Below, one piece after another: positions 37,289-46,295 of a stretch of 51,753 nucleotides of DNA (positions are counted from its first letter, which is position 1; every line of letters begins with the position of its first letter). Made by a program: the position numbers and the translations under genes. Source of the DNA: an uncultured Pseudomonadota bacterium. GTDB taxonomy: Bacteria > BMS3Abin14. The notes under the pieces are model-generated. The model made no database searches. It saw only the letters and a program-made list of their open reading frames with translations, and was not told the DNA's origin. The stretch is from assembly GCA_964454175.1 (NCBI GenBank), contig CAYVSA010000005.1, positions 2,201 to 53,953 on the forward strand, in the 5' to 3' direction.

Positions 37289-39613
37289 TCACCAGAACCC
37301 CGGAAGGCCGCTCTTATTTGTGGAGGAAAAAATGCTGATCCCGTCTCCGATCCCGGTGGTCCTGAATGGTATGCCCCGCCTCTCGAACCACTTTACCACT
37401 GTCATGGAGGGAAGCGATGAGGTGCCCGGTTTTCTGGCAGTGCACACTGCAAGTGAAAGAGCCGGCATTTTCCTGGAAAACCCTTCCCCTGAAAATCTTC
37501 CAAATCCGTTTGCACTTCCGTGATGCGGTACCTTGAGAACATCCAGACTACCAAACTCTTCCCACTCCGAGATCACCTTTTCCCATGGAGAGTCCCCTGT
37601 GAACAGAACATGAAAATGTCTCCAGCTCATCCCGGTAGACAGTGAAGTCCTGTTAAGGTCGTTCCTGTCTGCAATAAGTCCTTCTCCAGGCCAGAATATC
37701 CTGAACTTTATTTCTCCTTCCACGATCCTGTCACCCCTTTTTACGAAAGACACCCTGGTACCGGATGAACACCACTTCAGGACATTTTGCCAGAGGCCCA
37801 GACCTCCTCTGGTTTGAGGCAGTACAAGACGCCTTACAGGATAGTTTCTCAGAAGAAAGACAGCTCCGCCCATGTGATCTGGATGATTATGGGTCAGGAA
37901 TAGCACGTCTATCTTATTTATGCCCCGACGTTCAAGGTAGCGCGCGATCACCGGCGTTCCGGTGCCGGGATCTGGGCGGCCCGTATCGACAAGGACCGTT
38001 TTGCCCCCGGTCTGGATAATAGCTGCATCCGACTGTCCGATCCCCGGAAAAGTCACCAGAATTCCGTGTCGCAGCCTGCTTCGCTCAATTTCATTTCCTG
38101 CTGCCCCAAGTATCACCGGGATGAGTACGAGTACTGCACAGCGCCTGAGGGAACCCTTCCATCTGAGCCACAGGAATACTGAAACCACTGCACCTGAAGA
38201 AGCTAACACGGATCCGGAAGGGTTCAAAGGAAGCCAGACCCACGGCATTACCGCTGCCTTTTCTATAAATATCAGCACAGGTGTTGCGATAATTTTCCAG
38301 ACGGTGAATATCCATCCACTGATCGCAGGTGAGACAACTGCGAAAAAATCGCCCACCACTGCAAGGGGGATGAGAACAAAAGCAAAGGGCACGATGGTGA
38401 TCGTGTTGATAACAGGGCCAAGAACCGGGATCCCCCTGAAGATCACCGTTATGAGCGGGAGTGTTCCGAGAAATGCACCCATGGACACCCTCAGGGAGCC
38501 GAAAATGAAACTGTCGCCCTTTCTTACCGACGAGGCAATTCCCAGGCACGCAGCGACAGAAAGGCATAGTGACAGATCTGGCTGCGGTCTTCCTGACAAC
38601 GAAGAGATGACCACAAAAGCCACAGCGATGTTGTTGGTAAGGGATGTCTCTCTGCCAATGACAGGGGCCACCAGAAAGATCACAGCGAAAAACGCGGCCC
38701 TGCTCGAAGAAGTACTGATACCGGTCACTGCAAGGTAGAAGACTACCAGCAGACCTCCACACCATGCAGAAGTGAGGTAGAAGAGAACCCCCTGCTGACC
38801 GGCAGGAAGGCCAGCACCTAGAAGCCGCAACAGGATCATGCCTGCCAGCAGGGCAGAAGCGACATGGACACCAGATATGGCAAGGAGATGATATGTGCCG
38901 GTGTGTCTCAGCGCAAAAGACAATTTTCCCGATGTACGCCCTCTTATACCCGCTGCGATGGCAGAGAGCACAGCAGCGGCATCTGCGGGTCCTGTTTCCG
39001 CCAGCATGATAATCCTGCTGCGTACTTTCCCCAGAGCGCCCGAAACCACGGGTCTTGTTATCAGGAACAATTCCCCATTTTTCAGGTTACTTCGGTAAAA
39101 AGGAGCACCTTTCCCCCCGGTTTTTACCAGAGAAGCCCTGAAACGAATTCGGTCTCCAGGCAACAGATCTTCATGGGCAGTTTTCAGGAAAACTGTAAAG
39201 TTGGTTTTCTGCCTGATCTTTCCCGCAGTGGATCCCACATGAACCAGCAGTTCCAGTTTTCCATCAGTTCCGTTTCCTGTTGACAGCACTGTTCCTTCCA
39301 GTGTCTCCGACCGGAGCCTGTCCGGCATGGAACTCTTTTTCACAGCGTGTTTTATCGCGGTGAGCACACCTCCGGCAAAGCCGGTCGCCGCTACAGAAAG
39401 CGTTGATGGCCTTAAAAACGTTCCAGCAAAGATCGCTGCAGACTGGAAGAGCACTCTTTCGGCCGAAACCGGGAACTGTCCCGCTGCGAACAGGCCAGGC
39501 AGAAAGCCGCAGGCCAGTACTGCTGCCTGGAATCGAAAAGCCAGGGAATGCGCTGCAACCAGTTTTAAGCATCCCTGCCTGTTTTCCTCCCCCTGGGGCT
39601 TTTTCACAAACAT
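37289..39613 (-). CDS. comEC: ComEC/Rec2 DNA-uptake channel with metallo-beta-lactamase domain
   Basis: HLLAISGVHV, SSSRAA, multiple TMs, GQSDA, THNHPDHMGG, FTGD, KVPHHGS; start uncertain. Confidence 0.88.
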   Translation of the reverse strand: MFVKKPQGEENRQGCLKLVAAHSLAFRFQAAVLACGFLPGLFAAGQFPVSAERVLFQSAAIFAGTFLRPSTLSVAATGFAGGVLTAIKHAVKKSSMPDRLRSETLEGTVLSTGNGTDGKLELLVHVGSTAGKIRQKTNFTVFLKTAHEDLLPGDRIRFRASLVKTGGKGAPFYRSNLKNGELFLITRPVVSGALGKVRSRIIMLAETGPADAAAVLSAIAAGIRGRTSGKLSFALRHTGTYHLLAISGVHVASALLAGMILLRLLGAGLPAGQQGVLFYLTSAWCGGLLVVFYLAVTGISTSSSRAAFFAVIFLVAPVIGRETSLTNNIAVAFVVISSLSGRPQPDLSLCLSVAACLGIASSVRKGDSFIFGSLRVSMGAFLGTLPLITVIFRGIPVLGPVINTITIVPFAFVLIPLAVVGDFFAVVSPAISGWIFTVWKIIATPVLIFIEKAAVMPWVWLPLNPSGSVLASSGAVVSVFLWLRWKGSLRRCAVLVLIPVILGAAGNEIERSRLRHGILVTFPGIGQSDAAIIQTGGKTVLVDTGRPDPGTGTPVIARYLERRGINKIDVLFLTHNHPDHMGGAVFLLRNYPVRRLVLPQTRGGLGLWQNVLKWCSSGTRVSFVKRGDRIVEGEIKFRIFWPGEGLIADRNDLNRTSLSTGMSWRHFHVLFTGDSPWEKVISEWEEFGSLDVLKVPHHGSANGFGRFSGEGFSRKMPALSLAVCTARKPGTSSLPSMTVVKWFERRGIPFRTTGIGDGISIFSSTNKSGLPGFW

Positions 39614-39791
39614 GCATAAGAGGAAGCAATTTCCCGGCCAAAATAGAGTTCTGCTGACTCATGTCCGCATATATTTATTCGCGACCGATCAGGCCAACGG
39701 GAGGATTGGAGATACTGCAATTGCTATTAAGAGGGTTTTACTTACAGACTTTTTTGGAAAACCAGGGTTCGCGCCTGGGCTGAGTTCTGAT

Positions 39792-41051
39792 TTACCTGCC
39801 CTTTCTAAAAAGGCCGAGCAGTCCCTTCCTCCCCTTTTTCCCGGCAGGTCCGGAGCCTTTTTCTTCTTCCTGACTCGAGTCCTCTATGTCCAGCTCGTGA
39901 AAAGTCGGATCGTACCGTGGGGCAGGTGCCGTAACTGGCTCGGAAAGTTCTTCGACAGGTATTTCCCCGGAAACAGGAGCCGTTGGGACATCCAGTGATG
40001 ATTCATTCTCACCCGGGCGATCCTGTACGGGCTGTACAGGCTCCTCAGCCTTTGTCTGGATCGGTTTAACGTACAGTTCAATCTTTCGCCCGTCTTCTGC
40101 GTCTTCTCCGTACCGGGTACTTTTCAGGACCCGGGCAACCAGAGCCAGTTTCAGGTGCAGTTTACCGCCCTCCGGCAGAGGCACATCGAGGTCCAGTATC
40201 GCGCCGTCGGCAGACGAGCCTCCAGCAGACTCGGGTTTTCCTGCCGCCTCCTGTGCCTGGTTATGATCGGCTTCTTCTTCTATCTGCTCATCTTCAGCCA
40301 TTTCGGGCAGCACCATTACAGGTTGGACGCGGGACGCAGTATTGGAATGAGGGTCAACTGGCGACTCCCCGACGGGGGTCGATGCACGGGCAGGTTCGGG
40401 GGGCGCGGCATTATGCATCGCTTCGCCACCGGTTTCAGCAGTCTGACTGTCCTGGCCGTTTTGCGGCAGATCGTCTCTGGCCTCCCGGACTACCAGCTTC
40501 ACTACTTCCCTTAGCGTCTCCAGGACACCGGTACCTTCAGTAGCCACCGCTTCTGTCATCGGCATCCCGTACCTGTTGAGGAGATGCTTTATGGTGCTAA
40601 TAGGCATCAGATTTTCGAGATCGCGCTTGTTGCACTGGATAAGGTGAGGAAGGCTTTTCAGTTCCTTGCCATGTGACTGAAGGTTCTTTTCCAGGTTGAG
40701 AATGCTCTCGATGTTTGCATCCTTCATGGTCATCTGCGAATCGGCTACGAATACGATACCATCAACTCCCTTGAGCACCAGCTTGCGCGTAGCGTTGTAG
40801 TGAACCTGGCCGGGCACTGTATAAAGATGCATGCGTATCTTGTAACCGCCCATCTCACCAAGGTCCACCGGCAGAAAATCGAAAAACAGGGTTCTGTCCG
40901 TCTGTGTCGCAAGAGAAACCAGCTTCCCCTTGAATTTCGATTTTATCTGTTCGTGTATGTACTGGATGTTAGTCGTTTTACCGGAAAGACCGGGACCGTA
41001 GTATACAACCTTGAAATTGACCTCTTTTTTATGAAAATCAATGACCGGCAT
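39792..41051 (-). CDS. MglA-family small GTPase with ~230 aa C-terminal extension
   Basis: KVVYYGPGLSGKTTN, DRTLFFDF, YTVPGQ, NKRD; acidic Pro-rich extension. Confidence 0.9.
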   Translation of the reverse strand: MPVIDFHKKEVNFKVVYYGPGLSGKTTNIQYIHEQIKSKFKGKLVSLATQTDRTLFFDFLPVDLGEMGGYKIRMHLYTVPGQVHYNATRKLVLKGVDGIVFVADSQMTMKDANIESILNLEKNLQSHGKELKSLPHLIQCNKRDLENLMPISTIKHLLNRYGMPMTEAVATEGTGVLETLREVVKLVVREARDDLPQNGQDSQTAETGGEAMHNAAPPEPARASTPVGESPVDPHSNTASRVQPVMVLPEMAEDEQIEEEADHNQAQEAAGKPESAGGSSADGAILDLDVPLPEGGKLHLKLALVARVLKSTRYGEDAEDGRKIELYVKPIQTKAEEPVQPVQDRPGENESSLDVPTAPVSGEIPVEELSEPVTAPAPRYDPTFHELDIEDSSQEEEKGSGPAGKKGRKGLLGLFRKGR

Positions 41052-41055
41052 CGTA

Positions 41056-41856
41056 CTACCTGCTCTTCCTCTTCTGGGCGATCAGCCTTTTGGCGTTAGC
41101 TCTCAGTGCTGATGGCAGGGACCGACTGGCGTCGATCAACTCCAGGTCACGCAGGTTCATCCTGGGGAGGAACCTGATACTCACATCTAAAGGTGTCTTG
41201 GGATTGAACATAAGGCTTTTCACTATGTTCCTGTTACTTGTCCACTCTCTGTTACGGCCAATGGTTCTGAGTATCTCGGAATTGGTGCCCGTATTTTTCG
41301 TGAGAAGCTCCAGTTCGCTTTCCTTTATTCCAGGGTTTTCGAGGACGGACATATAAACTTCCCTGTTAGTATCTTTTACCAGGAGGTTCCTTGCTTCCTT
41401 GTCGCCCTTAAAGGCCAGCTTGATCTTCTCACCTACGTTCATTTTCTGGATGCGCTGCTCCATGGACAGACGCTTGTGATCTTCTGGTTCGGCTTTGTCT
41501 TCCGGCGCACGATTCCTGGCAGCATCTGCACCTTTTACCGGAGCGGCCGCAGCTGAGTTGTCCATAAAGGCGCCATCCTCACCGAGAAATTCGTGCAGGT
41601 ATACGGGAAGAGACGGATTTTTTTTGAGGGCCTTCACCCACTCTAAACGACCGCTGGAGTGCCTTGCAAAAAAGTCCAGTATTTCCACGGACAGGTCCGG
41701 ATCTGAGAGGACATCAGCCATTTCAGCAGGAGGTGCAGCCTTTATGCCGCTCACAGCCGAATGACGCTCGTCAGGGCTTGAGGAGGTCATCATGCCGAAA
41801 AGTTCGGTAAGCTTTTGAGTTGTTATCTTACCCAGAGGACTACCCCATTTCATCAC
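41056..41856 (-). CDS. Hypothetical alpha-helical repeat protein
   Basis: 266 aa, good codon context, 4 nt before the GTPase gene; C-domain QRIQKMNVGEKIKLAFKGDKEARNLL...NPKTPL resembles conserved deltaproteobacterial hypotheticals (recalled). Confidence 0.75.
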   Translation of the reverse strand: MMKWGSPLGKITTQKLTELFGMMTSSSPDERHSAVSGIKAAPPAEMADVLSDPDLSVEILDFFARHSSGRLEWVKALKKNPSLPVYLHEFLGEDGAFMDNSAAAAPVKGADAARNRAPEDKAEPEDHKRLSMEQRIQKMNVGEKIKLAFKGDKEARNLLVKDTNREVYMSVLENPGIKESELELLTKNTGTNSEILRTIGRNREWTSNRNIVKSLMFNPKTPLDVSIRFLPRMNLRDLELIDASRSLPSALRANAKRLIAQKRKSR

Positions 41857-41893
41857 ACCAGGTCAGGAGGGTTCTACAAAGTTCAGGATTCGA

Positions 41894-43144
41894 TCATTGC
41901 AGTTTGACCACAATTGCGTCGAATCCCTTCTTCTTCAGTTCATCCCGCGACCGGGCGGCTTCAGCCTTTGAGGCATATTTCCCCACCCTGACAAGGGTTA
42001 TGGGCATTTGGGTCTCTCTTCGCTCCAGTTTAACAGGGTATCCCAGAGCCCTTATCCGCCCGCTAACCCTCCTCGCATTTCCGGAAAGCAGGTAACCGCC
42101 GGCATTGATCACGTAGCCCCTGGATGTACGTCTGATAGTTGCCTCAATGCCCGTTCTCACGATCTGTTGGTGGGCCTTTGTCCCCTCGTCCCTGGTGAAA
42201 GGGCCCACAGTCAGGAAGTTCATAGAAGCACGCGTAGTACCCTTTTTGTAAAAGGGTTCATACCCGGTTCCGCTCAGCTTGTTCTCAAGTTCTTTAACAC
42301 TTGACTGGAGTATTAGTGCACCTACCTGAACGGAATATCCGGATGCACCCAGGACAGTGGATCTTCCCTGCCGTACTGAACCTTCTGTTTTAACGGTTGG
42401 GGAGACAGCAGCTGTCTTTTCCTCATCAGCGGTTGAAGCTGCAGGCTCCTGCTTTGTCGGTTCCACCGGTGGGACCTGCACACCCCTTTCTGCTGAGGCT
42501 GGCGACTGATCCCCGGGAGCTTCCTGTTCCTGAGCCGCTGGAGCCTTCCCGGGTGAACTTTCTGAGACCTCCACCGGGGTGGGTCGTACCACCTCAAGTT
42601 CAACGGAGGGGATCTGAGCTTTTTGCTGTATAGGCGCTGATACAATGGGCCTTCTCTCTTTTTTAAGATAGGTCAGCGCTGCCCAGAGGAGGACCAGGAT
42701 GACAAGTATGGCGCCTCCAACCAGGACGAAGGCTGAAGGTCCTTTACGATCAGGCATTGAACGCCTGGCCTTTGGCGGACGTTTTTTGATCTCGACCGGC
42801 TCCGGAGGATCCGGATCTTCATCAGGTATCGGGCCGGATGGGCTCTCAGGTTCCCCTTCAAAGGCGTCAGGAATCGAGGAATGGGGATCTTCAGCCGGTT
42901 CTTCAGAAAAAAAGTCTGCGGGGAGGTCGAAGTCAGGGCTATCTAAAGACGGCTTTGGCATATCTTCACCGTCCATGGACTGCGCCTCCGGCTGGGCAGC
43001 ATCACCAGAAGCACGATCATCATCAAAAACCACATCGTCTTCCTGAGCACTGGCGTCAGCGGACCCTTTTTCCTCTTCCTTGCTGTCAAAGGAGAATGGA
43101 TCCAGATGCTCCCGTTTGGGAAAAAGATCGAAATCATCTCCCAT
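41894..43144 (-). CDS. Single-pass membrane protein with tandem SPOR (denuded peptidoglycan-binding) domains
   Basis: Acidic disordered N-terminus, TM (FVLVGGAILVILVLLWAAL), Pro-rich linker, YSVQVGAL...LTVGPF, YVINAGGY...VRVGKYASKAEA...GFDAIVV. Confidence 0.85.
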   Translation of the reverse strand: MGDDFDLFPKREHLDPFSFDSKEEEKGSADASAQEDDVVFDDDRASGDAAQPEAQSMDGEDMPKPSLDSPDFDLPADFFSEEPAEDPHSSIPDAFEGEPESPSGPIPDEDPDPPEPVEIKKRPPKARRSMPDRKGPSAFVLVGGAILVILVLLWAALTYLKKERRPIVSAPIQQKAQIPSVELEVVRPTPVEVSESSPGKAPAAQEQEAPGDQSPASAERGVQVPPVEPTKQEPAASTADEEKTAAVSPTVKTEGSVRQGRSTVLGASGYSVQVGALILQSSVKELENKLSGTGYEPFYKKGTTRASMNFLTVGPFTRDEGTKAHQQIVRTGIEATIRRTSRGYVINAGGYLLSGNARRVSGRIRALGYPVKLERRETQMPITLVRVGKYASKAEAARSRDELKKKGFDAIVVKLQ

Positions 43145-43223
43145 AGTATCTTCCTCTTTCTTGTGGTTATTGTTATTAGGATCTCTATGTCATTAGAACA
43201 CGTGAAGCCGGGTATTTCAAATG

Positions 43224-43275
43224 TTGATGACTTTGCAAAAAGTTATCAACCTTGAACCTTTAACGTTAAACGCTC
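43224..43275. repeat. 11-bp inverted repeat followed by AACNTTN-like heptamers x4
   Basis: TTGATGACTTT-GCAA-AAAGTTATCAA, then aaccttg aaccttt aacgtta aacgctc. Confidence 0.6.
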
Positions 43276-43293
43276 CAAGATATTCAGCTGTTC

Positions 43294-45363
43294 CTATTCT
43301 CTTGCAGCCTCCACGATCTTTTCTGCCAGGTGAGCAGGTACCTCCTCATAGGATGAGAAGGCCATGCTGAAAGAGCCCCTGCCCTCTGTCATTGATCTAA
43401 GATCAGGTGCATATATCAGAACTTCGGACATAGGCACCTGCGCGTGAACGACCTGCTGTCCGGCACCGGGTTCCATTCCCACAACTTTTCCCCTGCGGGA
43501 GTTAAGGTCTCCGATGACAGCACCCATGAAGTCATCCGGAACAGTTACATTAAGATCAACTATGGGTTCCAGCAAAACCGGTTTGGCGTCCATGAACCCT
43601 TTCTTGAAACCCATTGAAGCAGCGATCTTGAAAGCCATTTCAGATGAGTCTACCGAGTGATATGAGCCATCATAGAGCGTGACCCTCACATCCGTGACGG
43701 TAAAACCTGCAAGCACTCCTTCAACCATGGCTTCTCTGACACCTTTTTCAACAGCGGGAATGTACTGCCTGGGCACCACACCGCCGACTATCTTGTTCAC
43801 AAATTCGAAATCAGACCCCCGTGGCATGGGCTCAATTTCAAGCCAGACGTCACCGTACTGGCCGCGGCCTCCAGACTGTTTTTTGTACCTGCTCTGCAGT
43901 TTTGAGGTACCCTTTATTGTCTCCCTGTACGGTACCTTGGGAACTCTCATCTCCACCTCAACCCCGAACTTTTCCTTCAGACGTTCGACCGTCACCTCAA
44001 GGTGAAGCTGACCCATACCGGAAATAGTATTCTCGCGTGTCTCCTCCAGCCTTGCAACTTTCAGCGATGGGTCTTCTTCCATGATCCTGGCAAGGGAACT
44101 ACTCACCTTCTCCTCGTCGCCCTTTGACTTCGGTATGATGGCGTAGGAGAGCGCAGGCTCAGGCAGCACTGTTTCCGGAAGGAGGAAGTGATCCGAGTCA
44201 CTGCTCAGAGTGTCACCGGTTTTAGTCTCCTTGAGTTTGGCCACCGCTGCAAGCTGACCAGCCGATACTGATGGTACCGACTCCTGTTTCTTACCAGACA
44301 GCACGAAAATGTTGCCGAACCGCTCTTTGGTCTCACGGGTCGCATTCCAGAATCCCGTGTCGGATTTGAGAGTACCGGAAATAACTTTGAAGATTGTCAG
44401 CCTGCCGGCAAAAGGGTCGGCCAGGGTCTTGTAGACATATGCCGAAAAAGGCGAATCAGGGAGGGGAGCGCGCTCCACCTCTTCACCCTTTTTGTCCACG
44501 CCCTTTACGGGCCCTTTATCAGCTGGTGAGGGCATCAGACTGGTTATAGTATCCAGCAGTTTCCTAACCCCTACATTCATAGTGGCCGATCCGCACAATA
44601 CGGGCATTATCTCGCCTGAAACAACCCCGGCCCTGAGACCTCTGGCAATTTCTTCGTTTGTGAGATTTCCTTCGTCCAGATACTTCTCAACCAGTTCGTC
44701 CTCCCCCTCAGCAGCCGTTTCTACAAGTTTTTCCCTGTATTCTTCGGCACTGGCCTTCATGTCATCAGGAATATCCTTTTCCTCGAATTTGCCCGAAGCG
44801 TCCTTGCTGTAGACGCACGCTTTCATCGAAAGGAGGTCCACTATACCCTCAAATGAGGCCTCTTTACCGATGGGCAGCTGTAGAAGGACCGGGTTCGCAC
44901 TCAGTACCGAGCTTAACTGCTCCACAGCCTTTTCGAAATCAGCTCTTTCACGATCCATTTTATTTACGAATGCGATCACACCCGCCCCGTTTTTCCTGGC
45001 TACCCCGTAGAGGCGCTCAGTCTGGGATCTTACACCGGATACAGCCCCTACCACGAGGAGCGCGCCTTCGCAAACCCTCAGTGCGTACAGGGCATCGGCT
45101 GTAAAGTCCTGATAACCAGGGGTATCGATCAGTCCGACCAGGGTGTCCTGCCACTTCAGTGTTGTGGTCGCAGCGCTGGTGCTGATCTGCCTGGAGATCT
45201 CCTCGGGAAGAAAATCCATAACGGTGTTACCGTCGTTTATAGATCCCACCCTGTTAGTCAAGCCCGCATCAAAGACCATGGACTCCGCCAGAGATGTCTT
45301 GCCCGCGCTCCCGTGGGCAATAATTGCGACGTTCCTGATGTTTTCAACTTCATACCCTTTCAT
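43294..45363 (-). CDS. Elongation factor G paralogue (EF-G2-like)
   Basis: Five-domain EF-G layout (KQSGGRGQYG, YHSVDSSEMAF, LLEPI) with divergent G motifs AHGSAGKTS, RQISTS, DTPGY; start 45363 or 45369. Confidence 0.92.
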   Translation of the reverse strand: MKGYEVENIRNVAIIAHGSAGKTSLAESMVFDAGLTNRVGSINDGNTVMDFLPEEISRQISTSAATTTLKWQDTLVGLIDTPGYQDFTADALYALRVCEGALLVVGAVSGVRSQTERLYGVARKNGAGVIAFVNKMDRERADFEKAVEQLSSVLSANPVLLQLPIGKEASFEGIVDLLSMKACVYSKDASGKFEEKDIPDDMKASAEEYREKLVETAAEGEDELVEKYLDEGNLTNEEIARGLRAGVVSGEIMPVLCGSATMNVGVRKLLDTITSLMPSPADKGPVKGVDKKGEEVERAPLPDSPFSAYVYKTLADPFAGRLTIFKVISGTLKSDTGFWNATRETKERFGNIFVLSGKKQESVPSVSAGQLAAVAKLKETKTGDTLSSDSDHFLLPETVLPEPALSYAIIPKSKGDEEKVSSSLARIMEEDPSLKVARLEETRENTISGMGQLHLEVTVERLKEKFGVEVEMRVPKVPYRETIKGTSKLQSRYKKQSGGRGQYGDVWLEIEPMPRGSDFEFVNKIVGGVVPRQYIPAVEKGVREAMVEGVLAGFTVTDVRVTLYDGSYHSVDSSEMAFKIAASMGFKKGFMDAKPVLLEPIVDLNVTVPDDFMGAVIGDLNSRRGKVVGMEPGAGQQVVHAQVPMSEVLIYAPDLRSMTEGRGSFSMAFSSYEEVPAHLAEKIVEAARE

Positions 45364-45435
45364 GCACATGTTCCTCCGTGGTCAGTTTGAAGGACAAGGA
45401 GCTGTTCAATGCCCCCGGTGATTTGATCCCAGTGG

Positions 45436-45480
45436 TCGCTAAATTCGGTAAGCGTAACATTTAGCGAAAAAGTGCGTCAA
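45436..45480 (-). promoter_or_regulatory. Possible promoter with 9-bp inverted repeat upstream of the EF-G paralogue
   Basis: TTGACG 45480-45475, 18 nt, TACGCT preceded by TG; TCGCTAAAT-N14-ATTTAGCGA at 45436-45467. Confidence 0.4.
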
Positions 45481-45515
45481 GGCAATCCTCAACAGCTCCT
45501 CCCTATTCCAGCATT

Positions 45516-46295
45516 CTACCTGTTTCTTTCATAGAGGATGTACAACCCGTCAAGTGTGAGGTCCGGCAGGACTTCCTTTATAACACAGGATTTGTCAGTC
45601 AGGATATCGGCCATGCCGCCTGTGGCAATCACGTAAGGCTCGTCTTCCATCTCCCCTGCAATCTTGTTCACGAGCGAGTCAACCAGTCCTGCGTAACCGA
45701 AGATGATCCCGGACTGGATGCTGTTTATGGTGTTTTTCCCCACTACTTTTTGTGGCACCTCCAGTTCAACCCTGGGAAGTTTTGATGCCTTCAGGAAAAG
45801 AGCGTCAAGGGATATCTGCATCCCCGGAAATATGACTCCTCCAAGATAATCTCCCTTTGCGGAGACAACATCAAATGTGATGGCCGTTCCGAAGTCAATT
45901 ATGACCATCGCCCTTTGAAACCTCTCATAAGCCGCAACAGTGTTGGCTATCCTGTCTGCTCCAACCTCCCTGGGGTTGTCGTAAAGAATGGGCATACCGG
46001 TTTTTATACCCGGCCCCACTACAAGAGGCTCGATCCCGAAACTTGCCTTGGCCATGGCGATGAGGGCCTGGCTTGCCGGAGGAACAACACACGAAATGGA
46101 CATCCCGTAAAGTGATCCGGTATCGATGCCTGCCCCGCGCAGAAGGTCCCGGATCAGGTGACCGTATTCATCTGCTGTTCGGCTTCTGTCTGACCTTATC
46201 CGCCAGCGAGAGATCAGTTCGGCTCCGGAAAATGCTCCCAGAACCGTCTGCGTGTTACCTACGTCTATGCACAAAAGGATCTTGGATATAGTCAC
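45516..46295 (-). CDS. coaX: Type III pantothenate kinase
   Basis: IDVGNTQT, SCVVP, VGADR, IDFGTA, ATGG. Confidence 0.96.
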   Translation of the reverse strand: MTISKILLCIDVGNTQTVLGAFSGAELISRWRIRSDRSRTADEYGHLIRDLLRGAGIDTGSLYGMSISCVVPPASQALIAMAKASFGIEPLVVGPGIKTGMPILYDNPREVGADRIANTVAAYERFQRAMVIIDFGTAITFDVVSAKGDYLGGVIFPGMQISLDALFLKASKLPRVELEVPQKVVGKNTINSIQSGIIFGYAGLVDSLVNKIAGEMEDEPYVIATGGMADILTDKSCVIKEVLPDLTLDGLYILYERNR

